In this document: positions 25,675-38,200 of the stretch, piece after piece
How positions within the stretch are numbered: the first letter of the stretch is position 1
Layout: each line of letters begins with the position of its first letter
Source of the DNA: Lama guanicoe
Lineage: Eukaryota
Length of the DNA: 63,715 bases
Reading direction: 5' to 3'
NCBI GenBank assembly: GCA_013239625.1
Contig: MU057343.1
Span: 10,396,825-10,460,539, forward strand
The notes under the pieces: model-generated
Databases searched by the model: none
Seen by the model: the letters and a program-made list of their open reading frames with translations, nothing else
What the model was told of the DNA's origin: nothing
Translations under genes and position numbers: made by a program

Positions 25675-26465
25675 TCAACTCCTCACTTCACTGGAGGGTT
25701 CGTTCTGTTTTCTCCTTACTGAGCTTTTCAGAAAGCTGCTGATACCCAGGACAGCTACAGAGGGTTATGGGGAACTGAGCCTTTAGCAAGCCCAGAATAG
25801 CCTTTTTTCAGAGATGGTGTGAACTCAGAAGACATCACCCAGGGCCACCATCATTCCTCCCCAGAGATATCCCTTTCTAGTCTGGCCTTTTGGTCATTTG
25901 ACTTAGCGTCCAGGATTGAGCAATTTTGCCCATGGATAATAGGCTTTTAGCTTCAGGGCTCTTTGGAAGACTGAGTCTAAAGAAGTGGTGGATTAATTTA
26001 AGAAAGTGGGAACAAGCCTGTTGCAAAGGCAAAACATTAACAGTTTCCTTTCAAAGTCCCTCTCCAAAGCCTTTGATTTGGGAGTTGACCTCTAACCCAT
26101 GATTTTTGGGATCACACCACATGGCCCTGCCTGCCTAGGGGAGGAGTCTGAGCTCTCACCTCTTCTCTTTGGCTTCCTAAGAACCAGAGGCGAGTCCCTA
26201 GAAAGAACATCTTTCAGATGTTGGTGAGTTGATGGTTCCCATCCAATGCCCACTGATAGTAAATTGGGCGATATCTGTGGGTGGTTAAATGAAGGACCCA
26301 TTCCACACAGAGCCTAATTCCCTATGGAAGGGACTCCAAATTCTGTTGTAAGAAGACAGAAGGCCACCAGATTTTTTTAGTCATTATTTCTGGTTTTCCC
26401 ACAGGCAAGGGCAAGAGTTGAACTGCAAGGACAATCTGGCTTTAGGTAAGGGTTGGAAGGGATGA

Positions 26466-26499
26466 GAGAAAGAAAAAGAAAGAAAGAAAGAAAGAAAGA
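26466..26499. repeat. (AAAG)n simple repeat
   Basis: Direct reading. Confidence 0.9.
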
Positions 26500-27309
26500 C
26501 ATGGTTAGAGCAATTTCACTTGTGGGAAGAGGAATAACCCTCTACCCAGTCAATGCTAAGTCCGTTGATTAGTTGATATATACCAGCATGAAGATATAAA
26601 TACCAGGAGGAGGAAATTCCTTTTTTTTTTAACTATTATTGGTGGTTTTGGAATAGCTACAACCTATAATTGCCATATATTCTGTATTTTCCAGAACAGT
26701 CTGGATTTTAAATATTTGCTTTCATTATCTCTATAAAACATCAAAAATATCCTGGAAATGCAAATATTTTGACAAGTTGTTAATGAATGAATCAAATCAT
26801 TAAGCATTACGAATGGGTGAATTCATTCTGTTGGTTTGAGCATGAGTTCAAGGAGCTCAAATGGAAAGCTCAGTGTTGCTGACTAGCAGCTTCTGGGCAG
26901 GGGAGAAGTCAGTCAATGGACTTTGGCACTGAAAAGTCTCTTAAAATGTAAATTATTCAGAGACTTGTCAAGAGATGTTTCGGAGGGGAAGAAAGGAAAA
27001 TAGTTACTGAAGAAATAAAGTTCTTCAAGTGTGAGTAGGGAAATATACTAGCAACTTTAGCAGCAGATGAATAGCAAAGATGAATGTAAATATTACACTA
27101 ATTATGTGCTTTTGGCTATGTTTTACATTTTTACTTAAATTTTCCCAGTTCAGTAAGACAATTCTTTAAATATATAATTGTGATTTAATTGTTACATTTT
27201 TGTAATATTTTTCACATACATAAGAAATAAATATAAGAAATAAGAAATAAATAGAAGTAAATAGATAAGAAATCAGAGAAATTTCTCTAGTGAAGAAGGC
27301 AAGTTAGGT

Positions 27310-27525
27310 AAAAGCAGGAGATTGGGAGCTAGCTGGACGACAAATCAAAGCCAGTTTCTGCCAGTTGCTAGATTTGCAATTTATTACTTAATCTCTCTAA
27401 GACTCAGGTCCCTTATTTTTAAAATGGAGGAAATAAATATCTCATAAGTTTATTGTGCTTGGGATTAAATGATTATAAAGTGTTTGATTCAGAGTAAATA
27501 TTCCATAAGTGATAGCTGCTATGAA
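27310..27525 (+). mobile_element. MIR SINE
   Basis: ttacttaatctctctaagactcaggtcccttatttttaaaatggagg...gggattaaatga. Confidence 0.7.
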
Positions 27526-27589
27526 AATACTAATGAAATGTGAGCAAAGTCTTTGAGGGTCAGTACAAGATTACCATTCTCCTCCCTTC

Positions 27590-27785
27590 TATGCAGCTAG
27601 CTATGCTCTAGATGGTGCAGGATCTGTTAGCCTGAGACCCTGAGTGAGGCCAGTGTTGAGCAGAGCCCCCCTGCTGCTGAGAGATGAACTTGTGAAATGC
27701 GTGAGCAATACACTTTTGCTTTAAGCCACTGAAACATGGGCTTGCTTGTTACTGCCGCCTAAGCAGCCTCTCCTGACTGATGCAG
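27590..27785 (+). mobile_element. MLT1 (H/I/J-type) LTR 3' portion
   Basis: gagcagagcccc...tttaagccactgaaacatggg...ttgttactgccgc...tcctgactgatgca. Confidence 0.75.
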
Positions 27786-29293
27786 GAGGGAACCCAGAAG
27801 TTACCACTGCTAGCCTGTCTAGGACCCGGGGAGGGAGAGATGATTAGGATGTTGACCTGGACCAGGGGCAAGTAGGCAGAGTGGCTATGATTGGAGGGAG
27901 GTGATGGGCACTCTAGCTGTGAGCAGTTGAGTACATATGGAACCTCATATCCTAACAGACACTGAAGCAAGGAAAATACAGCTCATTTGGGATGGTATAG
28001 AATTTACTGGCTTGGTTCCAGGAAAGTCTCAAGGGAGGTAAATGGGTCTGGAGACCTCCCACATGTATTTATAGTCACCTTCTGTCTTACCTGTCAGAAC
28101 CGACGGGATGGAAATGTCATGCTAATATCTACAGTGGGGGGAGCCCTAGGCTGGGTGACTGTGGCTGTGAGGCCCGCTGCCCAGCAGTAGGATGCGCCAC
28201 CCTTGCCTGCTAGGCTGTGGAGCGGAGAGTGGTCAGTGGAACCTGCCTCACCCCTTTACCATATCTGTCCTTCAGAGTCACCTAGGGGTCCTCCTAAGGA
28301 AAAATACTCTGTCCACCAGGAAGTATTTTCAGACACAAAAAATAATTTTTTACCTAGGTAGGTATACTTCATTGCTGAACCTGAAATTGACATCATTTGC
28401 ACATAAAAAGGCATGAATTTATGGTAAAGCTTCTTCAGGCCCTGTATGTCTTTCTAGGCCCCTGTATTCTCTGTGAAGAAGAAAGATGCCAGCATACTAA
28501 GGTATTCTGTTTCTGATAGGATGTGCTTTCCTCCTCAGGCCCACTAGCTGAGTCATTTGCCTGCTCCTGCAGCACAGGTCTTTGTAGAGCAAAACCCTGG
28601 GGTGATGGCATTTCATCCACATCCAGGAATCTGATGAGTGATAAACAACCTTCCATACACTGAATAATCAGTACCCGGATCAAACCCTGGACAGAGCATC
28701 ATCATCACCTAAATAGTTAGTATTTGAACACAGTGTTTCTCCAGTTCTGTTCCACAGAGCCCAAATTCTCTAAGACATAAACAGGTGCCCTGCTCTAAGG
28801 GGTTCTGAGGTCAAAATATTTAGGGGTATGTTCTATTCTGTGTTCCCCTTCAGTGGTTTCAGCTGCTTGTTAGCGTATTAAAGGCTCTGACAGGTCCTCA
28901 AATTTCAAAAAAAAATCTCTTTGACTCAGATAGATGTAATTAGGTTGGAATTTAACTATGTTTTTCTCAAATGTGTTTGAATTTGACCATGAGCCGTCTT
29001 TAGTACAGCAAAATGATTAACATTCTGAGAAACAGTGAACTTTGACACCCTGACTTAAGAGTTACTGCCCTAATTTATCCCTCATGAATTGGGGCAGCAC
29101 AACCTATGGTCTTGTCCAAAGACATAAATTTGTGAAACTAGAGTTGAAATTCATGGACCATGTTCAATCCAGGCAGGTTGTTTGCATGAAGTTCCCCAAG
29201 GAGTCAGCCCTTTCCAGCTGGGAGACCTCCAAAACAGGCAAAAATGTTTGTGAATTTCCAGGGTTCACTGGACATTACCACCTGCTTATTCAA

Positions 29294-29322
29294 TATTTAT
29301 TTATTTATTTATTTATTTATTT
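29294..29322. repeat. (TTTA)n simple repeat
   Basis: Direct reading. Confidence 0.9.
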
Positions 29323-29415
29323 CACTCTGTGTGTCCTAGTAGCTGATCATCTGAAGATCAGTAAGGAATTCACCGGGTCAGTCACAACCAAGGCTTCCTG
29401 GTGTTCAAATACATG

Positions 29416-29932
29416 TGTGGTAGACAGAATAATGTTCTCCCTCCCACCCCCAGCAAGATGTCCACATTCTAATCCCTGAAACCTAGGAATATATCAACCT
29501 TACCTGGCAAAAGGGACCTTGCAGATGTGGTTAAGTTAAGGATCTTGAGATGGGGATATGTTCTGTATTATCTGGGTGTACCCATTTTAATCACAAGGGT
29601 CCTTTCAAGAGTGAGACAAGAAGGTCAAAGATAGTAAAATGTAACAAAAAAAGTTAACAAAGATAGGAAATAATGAGGGAAGCAGAGGATGGAATAATAC
29701 ATTTTGAAGAAAGAAGATGGGACTATGAGCCAAGATCTGCAGGCAGCCTCTAGACACTTGAAAAGGCAAGAAAAAGCATTCTCCCCTAGAGTTTCCAGAA
29801 GGAAAGCAACCCTATCCATACCTTTATTTTAGCTTGATAAGACTTATTTTGGACTTCTGACCTCCAGAACGATAAGTATAATTTTACGTTGTTTGTGGTT
29901 ATTTGTTACAGCAACAATAGGAAACTAATACA
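29416..29932 (+). mobile_element. Solo MLT1D-like LTR
   Basis: tgtggtagacagaataatg...aagatgtccacattctaatccctgaaacct...ggacttctgacctccagaac...gttacagcaacaataggaaactaataca (TG...CA termini). Confidence 0.92.
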
Positions 29933-31462
29933 ATGCCTTGATCCTGTCCTATCTCAAACTGGCCCACACCTGCATAATCAAAGCTAGAGCGCCCACTCTA
30001 AAAGGAGAATATTTTGAACTACAAGGGGCTATCTCCTAAAATCACATCCTTTCTGCCTACCTCCCGGAAGCTGGGGACCCTATGAGAGTCCTTACCGTAT
30101 ATGGGAGGAAGAGTTATCAGTTGTTATCATGGCTGCCTCAGGGTATAGAGGAACTGCCTCCAAGGGCATGCTCAGACCACCAGAAGCAGGGGCAGTTGAG
30201 ACAGACTTAGGAGCACAGTTCCAGAACAGGGATTATGAGACACTGTCTTTCATGAGTTTGGTATTATATTCTGCTGTATACCTTACAGCCAGTACCCTAA
30301 ACAATTCCCCCATCCTGGAAACCAAAACGCATATAAAGAGGTAGCTCCATTCCAAGAAGTCACATGACCAAAAAGAGTTCTGGCTATGCATCTTGAACAC
30401 AACAATCAGAAACAACAGGCAAGAGCATGTATGGGAGAGGACTGTTTACAAATACGGGGCCTGAGATTTAGGACCACTCAGAAATAGCCCTGGGAGGCCC
30501 AGCAGATTGGGACGTCTTGTCCTTTAGAATCTAGCACTCCGTAGCACTCATTTATGAAAATGATCATTTTTGTGCCCTGAGCAGGATCTCCATTGCATCA
30601 GCTAGACTCTTAAAAAAACAAAAAGGATCTTCCACCTCCATGGATTTCCAGGTCACTTCTTTTATTCTTTCTTTTTCTTTGTTGGTTTGGAAGGGAGAGC
30701 ATTGTTTGCTTTTTCATTTCATCCCTTGGTGGGCATCCTGATTTTAGAAGATATTTTCAAGGGCTTTCATCACAATGCTTGCCTAGCCACCCTTGTCTTC
30801 CCATAAATTATGGCCAGATGGAGATTATTGACCAGGTCCCAGAGTCATATCTTTCCTGCAGTGACTCCTAAGACAGTGTGATTAATTCCCTCAGAGGATT
30901 GGATATGGTAACCCCTCTCTCCCTTCACAGGGGAGCCTAATGGTTTTAGTCTTCTACTTGGTAGATCTGAGGACACCCAAACCCTGTCCCATCAGAACCA
31001 GGATGAGCCAGTCAGTTGTTAGCAGTTCCTCCAACACGTGTGCTCATTTGATCACATCTCTTGCAGGCTCTCTAAGAATCCAGATTCTCCTTCCCTGGAA
31101 CCTGCGCGATTGCAGTAGGAGATTCTTAGGAAGCTGCTCTGGGCATCTGGATTCCAGCCAGTGACTTCTCCAGCCCTTGCTCCTTCACTGCCCAGGGTCT
31201 CCTCCCATTTGACTTCCTGGGCCTCCATTTCTCTTTCTGTTTAACCTACTCTTGGACTCTGATCGTCTTCAATTTGCAGCTTGTGCGTTTGGCTCATCAG
31301 CTGATAAGGGGAGAAGCATTTCCTTCTTGTTTCTGGGTGCCCACAAAACTGGGCAGGGATATTCCCTGGCCCCAACTGCCAGGGGAGGAAGATAAGACAG
31401 GGGTGACAGTGATGGGGGTTAGGGATATTAGGAACATCACTGAAACTGGAGACCTAACTAGG

Positions 31463-31825
31463 TGGTGTGGTCTGAGTATATGTGACCCCTACAAATCCCT
31501 ATGATGAAATCCTAGCCTCTAAGGTGGTGGCATTATTAAGAGGAGAGGCATTTAGGACGTGATTACGTCAGGAGGGCAGAACCTTCCTGAATCGGATTAG
31601 CACTCCCGTGAAAGAGGCTCTAGAGACATCTCTTGCCCCTCTTCTACCGCGTGAGGACACAGCAGGAAGTTGGCAGTCTGCAGGCCAGAGGAGAGCCTTC
31701 ACCTGGCCATGCTGGTGCCCTCATCCTGGACTCCAGTCTCCAGAACAGTGAGAGATAGCTTTCTGTTGTTTATAAGCTACCCCGTCTGTGGTATTTTATC
31801 ATAGTAGCCCAAACAGACTAAGACA
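31463..31825 (+). mobile_element. Solo MLT1A0-like LTR
   Basis: tggtgtggtctgagt...gtgaggacacagc...ccagtctccagaacagtgaga...agcccaaacagactaagaca; flanks ctagg/ctggg resemble a decayed 5-bp TSD. Confidence 0.9.
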
Positions 31826-33089
31826 CTGGGTGAAAAGGAAAAAGCTAGAAATGTGGTTTCACTGGGTAAAAAGCAATAATAACTGAAGCATTCATGAAAA
31901 TGTTTATCATCTATGTTTAATTGCTCTGTAGCATCAAACGATTATGTATATTGGTAAATATGTATTGTATTAACATATTGTCACTCCTGATTTCTCCAAT
32001 TAACCCTCTACAAGCTTACTCAGCCTTTGTAATTTATTGCTCATTTGGCATGGTCATATGTTTCCGGCCTAGAAAATTAGTGGGCATATTCCTTGGCCTC
32101 ATGAGCTGTCAGTTCTGTGCCTTGACATCATGCCCGAAGATGCAGGGCAGAGGTAGTTTGGTNNNNNNNNNNNNNNNNNNNNNNNNNNNNNNNNNNNNNN
32201 NNNNNNNNNNNNNNNNNNNNNNNNNNNNNNNNNNNNNNNNNNNNNNNNNNNNNNNNNNNNNNNNNNNNNNNNNNNNNNNNNNNNNNNNNNNNNNNNNNNN
32301 NNNNNNNNNNNNNNNNNNNNNNNNNNGTGTGAATGATATTTTATTTAAAGGTTTTCATTTCATCATCTGATTTCCTCCCCTTTTCTAAAGAGGGAGAGAG
32401 AAAGGCACTGAATGAATGAATACTTTGCCATCCACAAAAAGCAGGCACACCCAGGCTCACGACTGCGGAGAGGCCGTGACACGGCTGGGTAGAGGGCATT
32501 TTCACCGCTCAAGTCAACCTCAAAACTATGCTGAAGTCAGAATAATTTACTATTTTATATTCAGTTGCTGCTAACTTCCTTCCCCCAAATCAAAGTTGGG
32601 AGGAAGAAAAGGGAGTTAAAGAAAGGTTTGACACACAGAAAATGGAAAGACAGTTGCGTATGAAATGAGGTTTGAGTTTTCAGGACTGAATGTTGCAGTC
32701 CAGGCTGGCTCACTAATGAAGGACCTGCTCCCCTAACCTGGTGCACAGCACAAAACATTAATCAGGACATTGTTTGCATTAAAGGGCTGAGTTTTCCGGT
32801 GGGTAATCATCAGGGAAACCCAGTCAAGGGCGAACAAGGACGACGGCCCTGATTAATTAAACATCTGCACCAGGGCTAAAAGCAAGACTTACCCTGTTGG
32901 TTGTACAGGAGCTATCGATATTAATGCCACCCGTGGAACTGGGAAACATTGTTTGCTAAAATCCACTCTGTACAGAAAGCTTGATGTTCAGGGCATATCA
33001 GGTTTCGTATTTCTATGTTATTTTGGCTTCTTCCTGTGTCACTAGATGTAAATGATTCTGGGCAGGGTGATGATGAACATAGCTTATCT

Positions 33090-33490
33090 CTTCAAGGAGA
33101 AAGCAGCCCTTGAACTAGCCTTGAAGCACAGGTCAAAGTTGGAAATGTGGAGATTTGGGGGAAGGCTGTTCTGGGAAGGGCATTCTAGGGAGAGGGACTA
33201 GAAGGAGCAAAGGCAGAATACCTAGAACTGTGTAAGAGTGTGTCTTGACAACTGCACGATCTGGTCTCATTGGAGCCCAGGGGTACAAAGGCCAGTGGGA
33301 ACCAGTGCTGCAAACTCAGGCTGAATAGCAGCCTGAAGAGTTTAAGGTTCATTCTGAAAGCCATGGGAGCTATTGGAAGTTTCTTGGGTGGGGGCTGGTA
33401 TGACCAAAATGGTGCTTCCAGAAGACGATACAGAGTAGTGAAGAGGATAGATGACTGGGCAGGAGAGAGAGTGACGGGGGAGGGACCTAT
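33090..33490 (-). mobile_element. L2 fragment
   Basis: gggcattctagggagagggactagaaggagcaaaggc...gagtttaaggttcattctgaaagccatgggagctattggaag. Confidence 0.7.
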
Positions 33491-33527
33491 TAGGATTGTG
33501 CCAAATTACAGATCCAGTTCTAAAAAT

Positions 33528-34025
33528 AAGGATTGTCACAGATACAGCCTAATGCAAGTAAACTACCGGACATCCACAGTTGGCACATACTTAGACTAAA
33601 AATTGTTTGTTGTTTATCTGAAATCCAAATGTAACTTGGTGTCCTGGATTTTTTCCCAGCTTTATTGAGATATAATTCACATATAACATTGTGTAATTTT
33701 AAGGTATATGACTGTTGATTTGATACATTTATAACAAAATGACTTTACCACCACAGTATTAGCTTCCATCTCCATCTGGTCACATGGTTACCATTTCTTT
33801 TTTGTAATGAGAACACTTAAAATCCACTCTCAGCACCATTCAAGTATATGATACAGTGTATTTTATGATTATCTACAATCATCATGCTGTGCATTAGATC
33901 CCCCAATTGTTAATCTTATAACTGGAAGTTGATACCCACTGACCAATATTTCCCCATTTCCCCCACTCCTCCAGTCCCTGGTAATCGGTGGCCTGTATGT
34001 TTATTTGTTAAATCCAACAGTCCTA
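33528..34025. mobile_element. MER53-like hAT element split by an L1 insertion
   Basis: tgttgtttatctgaaatccaaatgtaacttggtgtcctg; resumes cctgtatgtttatttgttaaatcc after the L1. Confidence 0.65.
33650..33986 (-). mobile_element. L1MA9/L1_Art-like 3' end
   Basis: cagctttattgagatataattcacatataacattgtgtaattttaagg...atcttataactggaagt...ccagtccctggtaa. Confidence 0.85.
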
Positions 34026-34043
34026 GCCTCTGTCAGTTACCTG

Positions 34044-34430
34044 GTATGGCAGCTCTGAGAAGGCACCTCCCAGAGCTCCAAATGCGGGGAGTCACTAGTT
34101 GACCGAGGCCTTGGCTACTGCACTCTGAAGCTGCTGCATTTGTGCTGAAGCCATGCTGTCCATGGTCTGCTCCAGTCAATGACTGAGCATGGCAGGGATG
34201 CCAAAACACTGGACTCTTCTGATGGGTGACTTTGACTCCAGGAATTCCTGAACTTGCCTTAGTGCTGCACTGCAGCCCAAGATGATTGTACCCATCTCTC
34301 TCTCTCCTTTTCAAGGGGTCAGAGCTGCACTGCAGTCTGACAACTCTCCCAGCCTCTTTTGGCTCCGGGCACATTTCTCATAGTAAAGCTTTGCACATCC
34401 AATCCCATCCTGACATCTGCTCCTTGTAGG
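34044..34430 (+). mobile_element. LTR16-family ERVL LTR
   Basis: gctccagtcaatgactgagcatggcaggga...ctgatgggtgactttgactccagg...aaagctttgcacatccaatcccatcctgacatctgc. Confidence 0.72.
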
Positions 34431-35210
34431 GTATACTTGTCCTGTTATTAGTCCTGCACTAATATAGCTGGTATCCAAATAGAAGTTGTCAGGAGCTGGC
34501 TAGGAAAAGTTCAAGATTCATAGTTGTGGAACAGGAACCAGTGAAGATTATAAGGCAGCATGTAGCAAAGGAGAGGTGAGAGAGGACTTGGAGCGGGCAG
34601 ACCTTTCTGGTTTGGAGTCATTTTACTTAGTCATTAATGAAGTCTGCACATCGAAAGTCATGCACGGTGCATTTTACGATGCCCATGTTCATGCCTGCAG
34701 ATCCCGTTTTAGATCTTAGGTGCTATTCAGGCACCTGTGATGCTGATGATCAGTCCTGGCTGAAGAACCTTGTTTTAAAGGCCTTAGATCAAGGGTGGTG
34801 AATAGATTCTGTTTCCAAGATAACTCTGATAAACTGGTAGTGACCATGGAGTGATATGTGGGCAAGAGCTGTGCAGCCGTGTCTGGGCTCAAGGGAAAGA
34901 GCTCTGGGATTGATTAGCATGGTCTGTTATGGTTGAGGGAGTCAGGGTAGCAAGATGAGTGCTATGCCTTTGTCAGCCCTGCACCCATTGGTGGACTCTT
35001 ACAGGCAACATCCTATGCCTGAGAGGGGGCTAGTGCTGTCATCTGGGAAAAAAGCAAGAGGGCCTGAAATCAAGTTGAGGCAGCCAGGGTTGGAGAGGAA
35101 AAGATAGGAAGGTAGATATGAGATTTATGGAGCCAGAATGAGAAAGACCTGGGAAGCAAGTTGGTTTACAAAGTAAAGGCGCGGGCTGAATCAGATAAGA
35201 AGTGACTGAA

Positions 35211-35256
35211 GTGTGTGTGCGTGTGCATGTGCGTGTGTGTGTGTGCGCGTGCACAC
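35211..35256. repeat. Mixed (TG/CG/CA) alternating purine-pyrimidine tract
   Basis: gtgtgtgtgcgtgtgcatgtgcgtgtgtgtgtgtgcgcgtgcacac. Confidence 0.9.
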
Positions 35257-38200
35257 TTAATCAGACAATATGCTTCTTCCAGCTGGGACTGGGACAGGTA
35301 ATTTGAGTCACTCCAGGTACCTCATAGTAGTCGGGGTTATAATGCCATCATCGTCATCAGCATGACTTTCTACAGCCATTGTACTTATCTGTGTTTTTAT
35401 ATGGATGGAGTGTTTGGTTGAATAGACCCATTCAGTTCAGTTTATTCAATTGCGTTCATTCAAGTGCACAAATTCATATTTCGTTATATACATGGTTTTA
35501 AAAATGTGCATATGTATACAGTAATTTCATCTGTTCTGAAGTCACTTCGAAAAAAAACCAAAACCCTGATTTTAGAGTCTACTGTAGACGTGTATTATTC
35601 AGTTTCTCTTTACTGGAAAGAGAATGTGTTTTGAAAGTGAATTTAGATTAAGAATATGAGCAACACTTGATATTCGAGAGCAGCATTTTGCATGGTTAAG
35701 GGCAAAAGGACAACTGTCTGGCCCTGCCTTACACCAGGCGGCTTCAGCTTGGTCAGCATGTGCCCACAGGGAGGGAAGAGGGTGATAGAGGCTCTGGGTT
35801 CATCACCACAGAATTCAGAGGACTGACTCACTTCCCTTCTATGGTATGTGGTGGTGGCTCACCACACTGGTCAGGTCCTCACCTCTCCTGCCATCCCTGT
35901 TCCATGTGATCGCATCCTCAGGTGCCAGCTCCTAGCTTTCCAACTTGGGGACGCACACATATTTTTCAGGAGGGTGGAGGGAAAACCAACATTAGACTTA
36001 ATGGACTTCAAAGCAGGGAAGGAATAAAAGCACTGGAAACTTCTGCCCATGATTCAACTTTCAGGGGCACAAGGGTACACTAGAGATGAAGTTGAGAAAC
36101 AAATCTAGTTTTGAGGCCAGAACCTTGAATTTAAGAGATCATTTAGAGAACTCGCCTAATGCAACATGGCTAGGAAAGGAGTTGTTGAATTCTGCCCGCA
36201 TTCTCTCTCTCTCTCTCCTTCTCTTAATGGTGGTGGCAGCTTAGCTTTAAAATAAATTTTAAGTTTAAGAGAAGTCATTTAAAAATAAGTTCTTCAGCCT
36301 GCATTTATAAAAATAATTTCTCCCAACTGAGCACAAACACATGTTTCACATATGCGGTCATTCTGTCGTACAACATGCTACTTCTGAATCCCACACAGAA
36401 GTAAATTACTAATCTAATTTTCAGTAGCATGTGAAGTTTCTAGTGAAAAGAAAATTCAATATTTCACACTAGAAAAACTCTTTAAAATGTTCAGGACAAA
36501 TCTAATAATAGGTGTTAGGTCGTACAGACAGAAATCAGCATACACACTTTTCATTATGTACGTTGGCAGAAATCTAGCCTAGCTCAAGTCAGTGTTTATT
36601 GTGATGTGCTAAATTACTTGAATCTGTTACACCTTGATTTCTCCCTTAAAAACTCAAGTTGTTCATTGCCAGAGAGCTGCTCTCTCAACTGGATCTGTAC
36701 AAGGCTTTAGGGAAATGGGACGGCCAGTTAAGTTAATCACAGGTGTGAATTCCGTATAGGCCCCTAGAGGACGGTCTATAGAATGTGTTTCCCAGCTGCA
36801 AGAGGTACCCTGAATTCTAATATGTAACCACTTCCTGAGGGGCGGGTACGATCCCTGGCTGCCAAACAGGGCCATTTTTGTAGAGGCTCAATTAGGAGAA
36901 ACATGTTTAGGTGGAATAGATACCATGGACGATGATCATGCCCTCAACCCCCGGGTTGGGTGAGGATGTGGCAGTGCACAGGGCTCAGCTGTAGAGGCAG
37001 CCCAGAGACCTGGGCAGGGATTGAACTTGCCCTTCATCAGTTCCCACTGCTCACTCTCCAGCAAGGGGAACTTGGCCAAAGCCCCTCAGTTCGCAAAATG
37101 GCGCCAAACAGGCCCCCAGAGAAACATTATCAAAGGCCTTTTTGTCTCAGAATACACCAGTGCCGAGGAAGGGAATGTTATGTGTGGCATGCATGGATGG
37201 GCTTTCAACCCACCCAAGTCCAAACCTCATTTTCTCTCTGGGAGAGAGGAAGGTGGCAGGAGAGGGAGCCAAAAGGCCGGGATGTTGCCAGCCCTCCTCT
37301 GGAATGAGCACGTTGGCAGAGGAATGGGGCAGAGGAATGAATTTTAGAAATGTGGTGGTGAACGAGACACCGAGATTTATTTTAAAATGAAAGATTTATG
37401 AAAATAGACCGGTACCAAAGGAAAAAGAGACTTGAGAGTTGAAAGAGATCTGGTTTGCGAGCTGGGGTGACGTGGAACGGGAGAGAGTGATGTGGCAGAC
37501 AGGGGAAGGCAAGAGGCTGAGAGGAGAGTCCCTGGAGGGTGCAGTGGAGGGCGCACAGGCTGCCAGCTTGGAGGCTGGCGTCTCATTCCCCTCGCCTTGT
37601 TAGTTCCTGGAAGCTGGTAATTGCTTTCTTCATCTGTGCAAGGAAGGGGATACTGAGACACACTGTTGCAAGGCGTGGAAGTCCACACTGGCTCCAAGAA
37701 GCAGACAGGGAATCTACTGTAAGGATGGATAGTAGCTCCAAGAACCTGAGGAGGGAATGAGGATCAGGGCAGCTGAAGGGATGTGGTAAAACAGGGACTG
37801 ATGGACAGGCTCTTTAGGGTCTCGATCCCAGCTTTAAGTAGCTCTGAAAGTTTTCTGTCCAGGGGCCAACCTGCTCCGACCCACATTCCCAGAAGGGCAA
37901 TTCCGGTTGGTCTAGTGTGGGTCACGCTCTCAGCCATTGGCCAGAGGAGGGCACCCAAACCATCGGCATCAGCAGAGAGGTCCTCCAGGACAAAACTGAG
38001 GTGCTGTTAGTAGAGCAAGAGGGAATTGGAGCTGGACAAGCAAGAACACAAGTGCCCACCTGCTGCACAGGCTAGGACAAAGCCCACAAATGATCTTGGG
38101 TACCATGGCATCGTGGAATAGAAGAGGTTAGTATGCCTCTGACATTGTTACCTCATTTATTTCTCACAAGGACCCTGAGAGAGGTGAAACCAGGTGAGGA

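Noticed and set aside
27221-27273. taagaaataa-type direct repeats
   Set aside because: Low-complexity A-rich slippage; no spacers or array structure
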